Source: a virus (Duplodnaviria > Caudoviricetes). Taken from it: a DNA stretch of 47,632 bases. Shown one piece after another: positions 6,256 through 16,045 of the stretch; position 1 is the stretch's first letter, and each line of letters begins with the position of its first letter. Below the pieces are notes generated by a model that searched no databases, was not told the origin of the DNA, and saw only the letters and a list, made by a program, of their open reading frames with translations. The DNA lies in the IMG/VR virus record IMGVR_UViG_3300037851_001291, positions 1-47,632 of that record; one strand, given 5' to 3'. The position numbers were made by a program, and so were the translations under genes.

Positions 6256-7065
6256 TCAATATTTAATGATAAAACGCACGGCCAGGTATGGTGGATTTTG
6301 TGAATTGCTGTTTAAGGAAGACGCTCCCGCCGAATTTGTGGTAGGAGCAGCAGCACCTGTATCCATGTGAACAGTAGATGTTAGGTCGCACTGACGATTT
6401 TCTGGAGTCCCCGAATCTATGGCTGCATGTATAGAAAAATGCGTTCTATTTGTTCCTCTACCAAAAATAGGAGAATTAAGTGCGAATACACTTCCATAGC
6501 CGGCACTAGCAAAAGGAAGTTCGTGGCTGTGGTCTACAATGCTATGTGTGTGAGAGTTTACTGAGTGGCTATGGTTCGGGATGGAAAAAAGATGCGTATG
6601 GTTAATTTGACCGCCCGATTCCCCTAAATTGCTTCCTATCCCGCTGTTGGCTTTTCCCAAAAGAAATTTTTGAGTAGCATTGGGCAGCACCACCAAATCT
6701 AGGTTGTCGAAATTTTCTAATCCGGTATTGGGTGTTACGAGTTTGACAAGATCAAACAGATTTCGCAAGTATTCGCCCTTGTATATTGCCGTTGATCCCT
6801 CCTTGCCTATGGTTTCTCCATTGAGTAAAAGAAATCCCAGAGGTGGTGTATTGGCAATGTAAGAAAAAACAGAACCAACAGGAATCAAAGATTGAATTGT
6901 TGAATTCAAGTTGGCTATAATTTGAGCTAATAAGCGATCCCGTTCTGCCAAATCGGACAATGGTCTGTTGTCTACATCGGCATAAACCGGGTCTTCTTTT
7001 ACATAAAATCGAACCAAAGGAAGTCCGTCAGGGCCTAAAATTAAATTAGGAGTGGGAACTCCCAT
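6256..7065 (-). CDS. Tail fibre protein with tail-collar domain
   Basis: IPVGSVFSY...PPLGFLLLNG, LPN...FLLG, HxH repeats, terminal PPYLAVRFIIKY; AAGGAG SD before ATG 7065. Confidence 0.88.
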   Translation of the reverse strand: MGVPTPNLILGPDGLPLVRFYVKEDPVYADVDNRPLSDLAERDRLLAQIIANLNSTIQSLIPVGSVFSYIANTPPLGFLLLNGETIGKEGSTAIYKGEYLRNLFDLVKLVTPNTGLENFDNLDLVVLPNATQKFLLGKANSGIGSNLGESGGQINHTHLFSIPNHSHSVNSHTHSIVDHSHELPFASAGYGSVFALNSPIFGRGTNRTHFSIHAAIDSGTPENRQCDLTSTVHMDTGAAAPTTNSAGASSLNSNSQNPPYLAVRFIIKY

Positions 7066-7076
7066 AAACAAGCTCC

Positions 7077-7583
7077 TTAAATGTGAATTGTCCAACGAAA
7101 TTCGAGTTGGACAGCACCTTTATAAAGTAGCGGATAGGTTACTCTAGCAAAAAGAACATGATCTTGTAGGAATAGGCCTTGCTCGCTAAGTCCTGTTCCT
7201 ACAATTTCCGTTGGCTCTATGATTCCAATGAGACGGATTGTCGCTGGTTCTGGATATTGAATTGTGGATATGGGTTTGCGTAAGACCTCATGATTTAGAG
7301 AAACATCGCTCAATCCAGCAGGAATATTTTCGGCTGGATTGGTGGGGTTGTGGCCTTGATCACCCCACGCATACTCTACCAAAGGATTGCAAACGCCTTC
7401 GGCCAACATTTGAGCCAATTTAGTTCTACCAATGTTTACAACGATGTTGGAATAATTTTTTACCCAAATCAATTTTCCATACTTATCACGAGCGGCAATT
7501 TCCACAAGATTTTTTTGAGTCAACAAATATTCGCTTGCTGGTTTAGGATAAATAGGCTTTTCCACTGGTTGGCCCTGTAACAA
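7077..7583 (-). CDS. Baseplate fibre-attachment protein (P2 gpH N-terminal-like)
   Basis: VVNIGRTKLA, AWGDQG, LNHEVLRK, LSEQGLF, LFARVTYP pattern; position; start uncertain. Confidence 0.7.
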   Translation of the reverse strand: MLQGQPVEKPIYPKPASEYLLTQKNLVEIAARDKYGKLIWVKNYSNIVVNIGRTKLAQMLAEGVCNPLVEYAWGDQGHNPTNPAENIPAGLSDVSLNHEVLRKPISTIQYPEPATIRLIGIIEPTEIVGTGLSEQGLFLQDHVLFARVTYPLLYKGAVQLEFRWTIHI

Positions 7584-7998
7584 AGGTAATAGTCAGTTGA
7601 TTTGTGTCAATGTAACTAACTTGATATGCCGATGGGTCTATGTTATGAAATAAGTCATCCACAACAATGACATTCAAAATTCGTCTTCCTAGATTGTGCG
7701 TGATTGTCCATGGATTTATGGGAGTTGCTTGAATGAACTCAAATTGGGTTGTTCCGCCCGGAGCTGTGGGAATAGTAGTCACATTCTCAAACAGAATTGT
7801 CCAGCCCGTGTCTGTTTTCAATTTTAGTTTCCAGTTAGCTGGAATACTGCGATCTAACCAAATCATTCCTCGTTGTAAATCTAACGGTTCTGTTGACCCT
7901 TCGTGGTGTGAACAAACCGAATTGAATTGTGTTCTAAGCATTTCAGAACTTAGCCCTGCCTGATATTCTGGTTTAGTTTTATCAAATCCTTGTGGCAT
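7543..7998 (-). CDS. Virion fibre-associated structural protein
   Basis: GMIWLD and WTITHNLG modules typical of fibre proteins. Confidence 0.65.
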   Translation of the reverse strand: MPQGFDKTKPEYQAGLSSEMLRTQFNSVCSHHEGSTEPLDLQRGMIWLDRSIPANWKLKLKTDTGWTILFENVTTIPTAPGGTTQFEFIQATPINPWTITHNLGRRILNVIVVDDLFHNIDPSAYQVSYIDTNQLTITFVTGPTSGKAYLS

Positions 7999-8010
7999 TG
8001 TTTATTTTTC

Positions 8011-8625
8011 CTATGTAAAATCCATCTTGGCTATTGCAATGGTTATTGCATAGCAATCTTTGCAATATAAAATTCCCGAAGAAGATTTATATTGAAATTT
8101 AAATTCAATATTTCCTGCACCTGGCGTATTATATGTAATTAGATTTACATTTCTATATTCACTGGCATCTCCAGTCAAATTTATTTCCGCCAGTTTTTGT
8201 ACGAATGGTTGAGACAATTGAATGCGAAAAGAAGGTGATGTTCCGCCTTTGAAAGAAGCATTGAAAATAACAACATACCCCCAAGCATCTCGATATGCTA
8301 AGTTTTGATTTAAAGCGCTTATGTCTACGTAATCGGTAGAAGACGTACTTTGTTCTGTTGTTATTACTGTTTGCCAAGTGCTATTGAATATTCCGCTACT
8401 TGGTTTATTGGTTCTGTAAGAATACCAAGAAGAACCGTCATATCTTCGCAATTCTTTGATGGTAGTATCGAAATATAGATCACCTTTCGTGGCGGCGATT
8501 CCTTTGGCTGTTACAAAATCTGAGTCACTAGCAAAAGTTGGAATAAAGCCGCTTCTTGTTTCTGTGGAGGGAAGATTTGGTTTTATTCTGCCACTTTCTA
8601 AAATTCCTAATTTTTCTATTGCCAT
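8011..8625 (-). CDS. Fibre-like virion protein
   Basis: KGDLYFDTTIKELRRYDGSSW fibre module and beta-rich C-terminus. Confidence 0.65.
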   Translation of the reverse strand: MAIEKLGILESGRIKPNLPSTETRSGFIPTFASDSDFVTAKGIAATKGDLYFDTTIKELRRYDGSSWYSYRTNKPSSGIFNSTWQTVITTEQSTSSTDYVDISALNQNLAYRDAWGYVVIFNASFKGGTSPSFRIQLSQPFVQKLAEINLTGDASEYRNVNLITYNTPGAGNIEFKFQYKSSSGILYCKDCYAITIAIAKMDFT

Positions 8626-8637
8626 AACGATCTCATC

Positions 8638-8672
8638 AAAAACTTCGAGACTAAGTCAGTCTCGAAGTTTTT
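8638..8672 (-). terminator. Intrinsic terminator (15-bp arms, T run on both strands)
   Basis: AAAAACTTCGAGACT-aagtc-AGTCTCGAAGTTTTT right after the 8681 stop. Confidence 0.75.
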
Positions 8673-8680
8673 ATCAAACT

Positions 8681-9727
8681 TTATACTACGGGATTATTGA
8701 ATACTACAAAAAAAGTAATTTCGAGGTCACTGTTGTTGGGAGCCCAAGAACTATCTGTTGTAACTTTTACACCAAGTTTTTCACCAGCCGCAAACGTTAA
8801 ACCCGTTGTTGATGGTAAGACTTCGGATTTTGCATCATTTACTGTTGTTTCATCGAGAACCAGATCGAGGTCATTACCAGTAAACTTAGTTCCATTTTTA
8901 GTGGGTTCAACAGTCAATGTTCCTGCAGTTCTGTTGGATGTTGATTGTAGAGTTGCTTTGACAATAGAACCGTCAGAGGGCATTAGAATTCGTTGGAATG
9001 ACCCAGCCGCTTCGTAAAATTCAACATCGCTTTGGCTGGCAGGCAATCCACCTTTATAACAAAATTTGAATGGAACAGGAACCGTGCTTCTATTATTCAA
9101 CACCATCAATCCAGCATGTTGAGCTGCTGTTAAATGATAGAATTCGTTAGTGGTTCCCCCTTGCAAATTTGATAGATTATTGTGTTGAGTGGTAGAGCCA
9201 AAAATAACCCAATCACTCGCGTTAAATACATACAAAGCGTCTTCATCTTCTATCCAGGTTGCAGAGCCTTTTGTAGGAGTGAATTCATTGAATGTAGTGC
9301 CATTGTACTGCCTAATTTTGTCGTCTGCTGTATAGGCACCAGAATCTCCCGAAGTGTCACTTCCATCATCTTTGAAAATAAATCTTTGACCGGCGCTTAC
9401 AGCTACTCCAGAATCCCATGAAGTTGTATAAGAATACAATTTTGCTTCGTTTGTATTCAAACATTTTTCGCCACTAGCGGCCGTTCCATTAGGTGCTCCT
9501 GCTGTGCTTTTTACATAATCAATGGAATGTTGTACAGATTCTTGCCAGTCCACGCCTTGGACGAAACTTTCAACATAAGATTTGGTTGTGTATTTATTGG
9601 TGGAGCTTGGTGTCCCTTCACCTGCTAACGCCTCTTTTTGCCCACTTGAGGGAATTAGTGTTGCGTCCAATGTTAAATCAGAAATAGGTCGGCCATCTAC
9701 TAACCGAAAAACTTTTGAATCAGCCAT
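8681..9727 (-). CDS. Fibre-like virion protein with C-terminal beta-sandwich domain
   Basis: TKSYVESFVQGVDWQESV and HNNLSNLQGG...YHLT fibre motifs; C-terminal domain shared with the next two genes. Confidence 0.7.
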   Translation of the reverse strand: MADSKVFRLVDGRPISDLTLDATLIPSSGQKEALAGEGTPSSTNKYTTKSYVESFVQGVDWQESVQHSIDYVKSTAGAPNGTAASGEKCLNTNEAKLYSYTTSWDSGVAVSAGQRFIFKDDGSDTSGDSGAYTADDKIRQYNGTTFNEFTPTKGSATWIEDEDALYVFNASDWVIFGSTTQHNNLSNLQGGTTNEFYHLTAAQHAGLMVLNNRSTVPVPFKFCYKGGLPASQSDVEFYEAAGSFQRILMPSDGSIVKATLQSTSNRTAGTLTVEPTKNGTKFTGNDLDLVLDETTVNDAKSEVLPSTTGLTFAAGEKLGVKVTTDSSWAPNNSDLEITFFVVFNNPVV

Positions 9728-9769
9728 TCAATTTCCTTTCAAAAAGTATTGATAATTTTTCTTTCTTTA

Positions 9770-10171
9770 TTAAACAGACAAATCAGTTAAATTTACGAAA
9801 AGTGTGGCTAAAATATTTGAGTTTTCATTGTCCCAGTCTAGGGAGCTAGACAATTTTATTCCCAATTCTTGGCCTTCATTGAAAATAAATCCGGGCGAAT
9901 TAGGAGGAATAGAAGCGTGAACCATTTTTTGATTCGCTGGACTGAGAATAAGATTTAAGTCGGGCAATCCTATTTCAATTCCTTCGATTGTTGGCATTGC
10001 TAAAATTTGTCCGAATCTTACTAAAGATTCGGATTGAAGTGACATTCCCATGATGCTTCCTGGATTTGGCATAACTCTTCGATTCACCAAGCCATATGCG
10101 CTGTACAATTCTGCTAGGCTATTTGCAGGAAAGCCTTTTAAATAAATAAATTGGAGAGAAATATTTGCCAT
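9770..10171 (-). CDS. Stand-alone copy of the beta-sandwich domain found in both neighbours
   Basis: F.Y..G, MP..GSI, PT and G..F..G...G motifs align with both flanking proteins. Confidence 0.7.
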   Translation of the reverse strand: MANISLQFIYLKGFPANSLAELYSAYGLVNRRVMPNPGSIMGMSLQSESLVRFGQILAMPTIEGIEIGLPDLNLILSPANQKMVHASIPPNSPGFIFNEGQELGIKLSSSLDWDNENSNILATLFVNLTDLSV

Positions 10172-10181
10172 AATTTCCTCA

Positions 10182-11960
10182 TTAGGCCAGCCTTACAAGT
10201 AAAGAGATCGCTATATCTCCATCACCATTTTCAAACTCGCTATCGCTATTTAATACAACTCCAACGCTCTGTCCAGTATTAAATCTAAAGCCAGAGCTAT
10301 TGAATGGAACTTTGGCGGTTGTTTTCTCTGGCATCGAATTGTTTAGTGTTACATCTAGGGTTGTTACTCCTACAGGATTTTGGTTTATCGTGGGCTTTGC
10401 AGTAATTGTTCCAACAATCACTGGTTTGTTGGAGGTGATGGTAATTCCCACAATACTTCCTAGCGAAGGCATCATGAATTGAGAAGTTGCTCCCATAATT
10501 TCAAAAACAGGAACATTGATTTGCCCTGCTGCAAATCCACCGTAGTAGGCAAATTCAAGCCAAACCGAATTCAACGCTGTTAAAAGAGATTCATCAATCT
10601 CAATGTATTCCATTCCACAGCCGTCATGTTTTTGCCCTGTCGTGTCGTAATAAACATTAGGTATGTCATAAGCAAACCCAGAAACATCGTACTGCACTTT
10701 ATAAGTGGGCATAATGTCACGGATGTATGCGGGCAAAGTAAAATTCATTGGGTCTTTATGGAGAGCGTTACGACGATGCCATGAGTCAATCCATTCAATA
10801 GAAAAGTGGAACGTGCCAGAAAAAGAAACGGCGCGGTCTAATTCTAAGGTGTGGTTGTCTATCACGCTAACAATGCGCCAATATTCATAAGCAATATTTA
10901 CAAAATCGCCTTCCTCAATTTTTTCCAAATCCAAAAATAATGACGTGTCCGAGCTAACAATGTTGCTTCCTATCGTAGTTTGTAAATCACTTCCTGTGGT
11001 TTTTGTATAACCATAACGAGCTAAATTATATGCATTTTCCTCACCTCGATGACAACATACGCGCCATACTTGGGGACACGCCGGATTATAAATGTACTCA
11101 GGATAATCCCAATGATAAGAATAGTTGGTATCATAGAAAGCATAATGCCTGTCGTACATTGGTGTCAAAGAGGAATTGGTTAGCATGTCGTAATGAATTG
11201 CAGGATCATCCCAGACAAAACCTTTGTCGTACTGAAAAGAAAAGGTTTCGCCGACGATATATGCACCTTTGCCATGATAGCAACAGCTTCCTAAATGAAG
11301 CCGATCATTTTCTATCAAAGCCATTGCCAGAGAATCTTGCATAGTCAGACTATCCCTAAAGTCCCAAACAAAAACAACAAAGGTGTCTATGTGAATGGGC
11401 GTGATAGTTTTAATTTTGTCCAAAATTCTTCGCAAGAGAACAGGAGTAAGTAGGCCATCGACCATGCCGTTGATTTCCAAATTTTCGATTTCGGGAAGAC
11501 GATAAAATGCCAAACGGATTTTGCTCGCAGCGTTCCAACCAGGAAGCCTTTGATTAAAGCCAGTGACAACATTCGACTCATCTTTTGTGATAAGACTATC
11601 CGGAGAATCTTCAAATAAATGAGTAACTTTTACGCCAAACCCCAACGTCCTAAGTAAACTTACAAAGCCCTGGTCAGTTCCTTTAACTTTGTAAATGGGC
11701 ACAGCAGCACGGATTTGCTCACGCCTTAAAGCTTCTGGATCATCCGTTTCTAATTCCATTCCTAGATGATAGGAAAGATAGGAAAGAAGATTGCCTGGTA
11801 CTTTGTCTAAATCTTGAAAGGAAGGCAAAGCCAAAGCTTTTTCTCGCAATAAGTTGTATTCTTCCTGTGCGCCATCTATAAGAGTTTTTACGACAAGTTT
11901 GGGATCGTTGTAGTGATGAATCCAAGGAAGAAGTTTTTCGTAGAAGTTATAATTTGGCAT
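10182..11960 (-). CDS. Baseplate wedge protein (P2 gpI-like N-terminus) with long extension
   Basis: DLDKVPGNLLSYLSYHLG, RREQIRAAVPIYKVKGT, PIHI; follows the gp6/J-like gene. Confidence 0.8.
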   Translation of the reverse strand: MPNYNFYEKLLPWIHHYNDPKLVVKTLIDGAQEEYNLLREKALALPSFQDLDKVPGNLLSYLSYHLGMELETDDPEALRREQIRAAVPIYKVKGTDQGFVSLLRTLGFGVKVTHLFEDSPDSLITKDESNVVTGFNQRLPGWNAASKIRLAFYRLPEIENLEINGMVDGLLTPVLLRRILDKIKTITPIHIDTFVVFVWDFRDSLTMQDSLAMALIENDRLHLGSCCYHGKGAYIVGETFSFQYDKGFVWDDPAIHYDMLTNSSLTPMYDRHYAFYDTNYSYHWDYPEYIYNPACPQVWRVCCHRGEENAYNLARYGYTKTTGSDLQTTIGSNIVSSDTSLFLDLEKIEEGDFVNIAYEYWRIVSVIDNHTLELDRAVSFSGTFHFSIEWIDSWHRRNALHKDPMNFTLPAYIRDIMPTYKVQYDVSGFAYDIPNVYYDTTGQKHDGCGMEYIEIDESLLTALNSVWLEFAYYGGFAAGQINVPVFEIMGATSQFMMPSLGSIVGITITSNKPVIVGTITAKPTINQNPVGVTTLDVTLNNSMPEKTTAKVPFNSSGFRFNTGQSVGVVLNSDSEFENGDGDIAISLLVRLA

Positions 11961-11970
11961 GGTTTTAACC

Positions 11971-13728
11971 TTACAGGGTAGCCACTAAAATGCTTTCACG
12001 GGTGTCTTGCAGTCGAATGTGGGCCGACAGGTTTAAAGTTCCTAATTGATAAATTTCATTTTCTGCTACAGGAATGTCTTGCGCCATTTCTGGCATACTA
12101 GAAAGAGCAAAGTTATTTCCAACTACGAGGGAGAGGATTGCGTCCACCTTAATAGAATTTATTGTATTTGATAAAATAGGATAGGATTTGCCCGATAGGC
12201 TGCCACTGGTAAATTTTATTATTCCACCAGCAAAACGATTAAGAATGAATCCTCCAGTTGTGGCGATAATTTCTGTAGAAAGTCCTAGCACAAAAGAGGA
12301 CAGTACAACATCCAAAACTTCCATGCTTGTATCGGGCTTTCCAATAGAGACCTGTAAAACACCAGGTATGGACATTAGAACATGGTAAAGTTCAGAAACA
12401 TAAAATGTCTTGCTTGGCTCTAATTCTTCTCTGTTGAAATAAAACTGAATGGCATTGTTGGCTTCAATAAGAACATCCTCTGGCTTGCGGATAGTTTGAG
12501 CAACAAACAACCGAACATCTAGGTCAATTTTTTTGATTTGTCCATCGTTGATAAAAATATCCACTACGATGACTTTGCGTTCGTTGAGATAGGCAAGCAA
12601 AGCCTGCTTAAGTCCCAAAGAGCAAATAGTCAACTCGCCTCCCCCTGTTCTTGCCCAAACATACACATCTACTTCATTGGCAGAAGAATTCGTTCGACCA
12701 TACCTAGGAAAAGCCGCAGCTTTGGCAATGGAACCATATACGGGGTCAGTAAAAATAGATGCCAAGGTGTCGTAATCTTGCTTTGTAATAGCATTCCCAT
12801 GAGTACGAACATAGCGAGGTGCATTGAATTTAATGCTTTCGTTGGATTCTTCGTCAGCTCCTCCGCTGGCCTGCTGTGGATTGGAAAGAAGTAATTCCAC
12901 AGTAGTAACATGATCGGCAAGCGTTGCTGTTACACGTGTTTGAATTAAATTTGCAGCGATATTTCCTCGAACGCCGCCTCCTACTCGATACTTAATTTCG
13001 ATGTTTCCCATTCCAGAAGGTGGAATGCGACCACTAAGTCCATCTCCAAAACGAATTGTGACTTTATTTTCTCCATCAAATTCGCTTTGGTATTTGTCCG
13101 AATCGCCAGCAAAAACTAATGCTTCGATTTTTTGCCACAAGGCGCCATCTACGCGTACCTCCTCACTATTTTGAATTACAGGAAAATTTCCTGCTACATA
13201 AATTTGTCTTGGATTTCCTGTTCCGTCAAAATTTTCGATATATGTAGTCCCTTCTGCTATAGTGGGACCGGGAAGTCCGCTTAAACTTCCCGGTCCGGCA
13301 TCCTCAACATTGGCAGGGAAAATATAGTCTGCAACAAATTCAAAAGTCAAATCGCTAACAGTCATCTTGGTTCCTTTGACAATTGTAGCGTTTTGAGAAT
13401 AGCCCCCTGTTTGCATTGCTTGCACTTTTAATTCTACTGAGGCTGCTGAAGGAGGTTTGGGAGAATACCCAATCAATTTGACCATGTTTACTAAATTTTG
13501 TCTTTGTCTGGCCGTTGGTAAATAGCATTCATTGACAGACATATCTATGGTAAAGGAAATCATGTCTGCCAACCACGCCCACAGCTCCAGGACGGCCATG
13601 GCTAATTGAGATTCTGTAAAATCTGTAATGTCGTCTGGAAATCGAGCTTTAATAAAGGAAATAAGGGCGTCTTTGCTGGTTGAAAAATCTCTCGCTGCAT
13701 AATCTATTCTTGGATAAGTAGCAGGCAT
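11971..13728 (-). CDS. Baseplate wedge subunit (T4 gp6 / baseplate J-like)
   Basis: IDYAARDF, YLPTARQR, IRFGDGLSGRIP, YRVGGGVRGN, ASGGADEES, AITKQDY. Confidence 0.92.
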   Translation of the reverse strand: MPATYPRIDYAARDFSTSKDALISFIKARFPDDITDFTESQLAMAVLELWAWLADMISFTIDMSVNECYLPTARQRQNLVNMVKLIGYSPKPPSAASVELKVQAMQTGGYSQNATIVKGTKMTVSDLTFEFVADYIFPANVEDAGPGSLSGLPGPTIAEGTTYIENFDGTGNPRQIYVAGNFPVIQNSEEVRVDGALWQKIEALVFAGDSDKYQSEFDGENKVTIRFGDGLSGRIPPSGMGNIEIKYRVGGGVRGNIAANLIQTRVTATLADHVTTVELLLSNPQQASGGADEESNESIKFNAPRYVRTHGNAITKQDYDTLASIFTDPVYGSIAKAAAFPRYGRTNSSANEVDVYVWARTGGGELTICSLGLKQALLAYLNERKVIVVDIFINDGQIKKIDLDVRLFVAQTIRKPEDVLIEANNAIQFYFNREELEPSKTFYVSELYHVLMSIPGVLQVSIGKPDTSMEVLDVVLSSFVLGLSTEIIATTGGFILNRFAGGIIKFTSGSLSGKSYPILSNTINSIKVDAILSLVVGNNFALSSMPEMAQDIPVAENEIYQLGTLNLSAHIRLQDTRESILVATL

Positions 13729-13736
13729 AATCTCTC

Positions 13737-14138
13737 CTACAAAACTTCAAGACTTCCTAACTCTCTATCCATTACAAGAACTAAAATAGTTTCTTGGGAA
13801 ACGGATTGACGGATTCTATATTGAAGGGTTATCCTGGATGTGTGCTCTTGAAATGTAGTAATGAGTGCAAGAATTTCAATTCTAGGCTCCCATCTAGCCA
13901 ATGCTTCAAAAACATATTCCCTGGCTAAAATTTGAAAAACATGATCTGTTTGCTCAAATACCAATTCATAAAGTTTTGATCCAAATTCGGGCATGTAAAC
14001 TCGTTCGCCTAGCCTGGTGAGCAAGATGGTGATAATCGAGTTGCGAATGGTTTCTTTTCCATAACAAGGAGTAAAAAAACCATTCCTGCCTTTGTCAATG
14101 GGTTGCTTAATAGAAGGGAATATTTTGTTGATTGCCAT
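13737..14138 (-). CDS. Baseplate wedge protein, gp25/GPW family
   Basis: ILLTRLGERVYMPEFGSKLYELVFE, ALARWEPRI. Confidence 0.93.
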   Translation of the reverse strand: MAINKIFPSIKQPIDKGRNGFFTPCYGKETIRNSIITILLTRLGERVYMPEFGSKLYELVFEQTDHVFQILAREYVFEALARWEPRIEILALITTFQEHTSRITLQYRIRQSVSQETILVLVMDRELGSLEVL

Positions 14139-14175
14139 AAATGTCCTTTATGAATTGTAACGACTACGGTTTGTG

Positions 14176-14517
14176 TTAAGCATCATACACATTACTAGAC
14201 GCTACATCATGAATTCCTCTACAGTTCGGTCCTCGCCATGTGTTTACATTTAGCCGCACAGAACCTTTTCCTTTGTAAAAACACATACCACTTCCATTTT
14301 CAGATCGAGAAATTCCATTGGTGGGACAAATTCCAAGATGTGGGCAGGTTCCTTTCATATCTATTGGATCGTCTACTCTCTGCGTTTTTTTTCCTAGACT
14401 CCCAGACTCGAAATCAAAACCACCCATACAGATACCAATTACATCGTGTGGACAGCAATCTTGACCAAAATCACAAATTCCATGACATTCATCACCTTCC
14501 ACTACAACTTTATACAT
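14176..14517 (-). CDS. PAAR-like, Cys/His-rich spike-tip protein
   Basis: Repeated CPH and GS/SSNV motifs; lies between the spike gene and gp25. Confidence 0.65.
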   Translation of the reverse strand: MYKVVVEGDECHGICDFGQDCCPHDVIGICMGGFDFESGSLGKKTQRVDDPIDMKGTCPHLGICPTNGISRSENGSGMCFYKGKGSVRLNVNTWRGPNCRGIHDVASSNVYDA

Positions 14518-14559
14518 AAAGACTCCTTGGTAAACTCGGACTTGTTCTTTTTTAAAGGT

Positions 14560-15231
14560 TTAAAGAACTTGGGATATGTGTTGAGCTTTTATGTTAGTGA
14601 ATTGTGTCTGGGCTTGGCTTATAGCATTACTCATTCCTGGAACTATAGGTTGATTTACAATAGAAGAAAGAGTGTTCAAATTTTCTAAATTTATTCCTTG
14701 TAACATTGCAGGATTATTAAGCTGCATACAATTTACAAGGCTGGAAAATTTATTTGTTATATCTGGCGAAGCTCCAATTGCCTTTAGGGATAAATTTAAA
14801 CTTTGTTGTAAGGAAAATAAGACACCTAAAGGAGTCTTCAACATATTGACTAGCGCCTTGGAGGCTGCACTATTTATGTTGGCTCTCTGGTTAACTATAA
14901 AATCATCCAATAAAGTTTGCGCTAACACACGCGCATCCTCTGGAGATAAACCAACTAAAGCAGAAGCACCAGGAATAAAACATTTTGCTGCCGGACAATT
15001 CACAATGTCGTCTACTGTAGGAATTGGAGGGATTAAGGTTGTAGGCATTGCATTCAATAATTCATTAACTAAAAAATTAGGGTCTTCTAAGGATGCTCCT
15101 ATTTGGTTGATAATAGAGTTTGCAAGCTCTCCATAACGATTCGCAATTGCAAGAGCTTCTTCAGCTTTTCCTACTTGATTGTTTAAATTAAACAAAAAAT
15201 TATCCAAAAATGATTGACATGGTGTTGGCAT
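14560..15231 (-). CDS. Hypothetical helical protein in the baseplate cluster
   Basis: ORF with AAGGG SD; tightly packed in the operon. Confidence 0.65.
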   Translation of the reverse strand: MPTPCQSFLDNFLFNLNNQVGKAEEALAIANRYGELANSIINQIGASLEDPNFLVNELLNAMPTTLIPPIPTVDDIVNCPAAKCFIPGASALVGLSPEDARVLAQTLLDDFIVNQRANINSAASKALVNMLKTPLGVLFSLQQSLNLSLKAIGASPDITNKFSSLVNCMQLNNPAMLQGINLENLNTLSSIVNQPIVPGMSNAISQAQTQFTNIKAQHISQVL

Positions 15232-15241
15232 ATTTCCCTTC

Positions 15242-16045
15242 TTAAGGAGTATGTGTAATTATAGGTGCTTTTGTAGAATGAGCTGATCCTGCAATTACTT
15301 GATGTATCAGGCCCGTTGTCTCGGTACTATTCATCCCGGTTTGTTTGTTGTCGTTCATGTTTATCAATGTATTTCTATTTTGTAAAACCGTTACAATTTG
15401 CCCACCCATGGTGGTTAAGGTCTCATCCTGAACTATAACCTGATGATGTTTTTTTTTGTACAATTCCTCTACATTTCCATCTACTACCACATGATAGTTC
15501 CCCTTTACATGAAGTACTACGTCTCCGTTTTGTCTAAATTCCAGATGGGAACCCGAAGGATGAAAGAGATGGATGCGTCTATTTTCAGGTGTGTCATCGT
15601 ATTCGATTACAATGCCATTGGGTGTTCTAATTCCAAAGTTGGTTGGGTATTGTGCTTTCCATGCACCTGGTTCATTGATAAGTGGCTCGGTGTCGTTTTG
15701 GGATACATCCCCAGTCTTCCCTTGAAAAATATTGGGAGTTTCTGGTGCATTGTTGGGCGTTCCATAGTATGTGCCAATCCAAACTGGAATATTTGGATTT
15801 CCTTCTTCAAAAGCTACCCACACAGTAGACTCCCTGGGGGGAATAAAAATCGATCCGATGTTTCCTTTTCCTCCAAAAGGAAAACAAGGAAATGCCCAAG
15901 GTAAATCATTGATCGGGATGTTTTGAAAAAGTGAATAAACTTTAACCTTAAGCCGGCATAATTTGGCGGGGTCATTGTTGTCAACAACTTCGGCTCTATA
16001 AATTCCAAAAAATTGAGTGAGATTGGCTTCGGGAAAAAATTTCAT
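15242..16045 (-). CDS. Baseplate central spike (T4 gp5 / P2 gpV OB-fold, no lysozyme domain)
   Basis: GIYRAEVVDNNDP...RLKVKV, LPWA, VWVAFEEGNPNIPVWIG, EYDDTP...HPSGS, beta-helix C-terminus. Confidence 0.92.
   Translation of the reverse strand: MKFFPEANLTQFFGIYRAEVVDNNDPAKLCRLKVKVYSLFQNIPINDLPWAFPCFPFGGKGNIGSIFIPPRESTVWVAFEEGNPNIPVWIGTYYGTPNNAPETPNIFQGKTGDVSQNDTEPLINEPGAWKAQYPTNFGIRTPNGIVIEYDDTPENRRIHLFHPSGSHLEFRQNGDVVLHVKGNYHVVVDGNVEELYKKKHHQVIVQDETLTTMGGQIVTVLQNRNTLINMNDNKQTGMNSTETTGLIHQVIAGSAHSTKAPIITHTP

Noticed and set aside
6256-11960. Diversity-generating retroelement or invertible fibre cassette
   Set aside because: No reverse transcriptase or invertase seen, and no near-identical TR/VR pair; the repeated domain is similar only at protein level.
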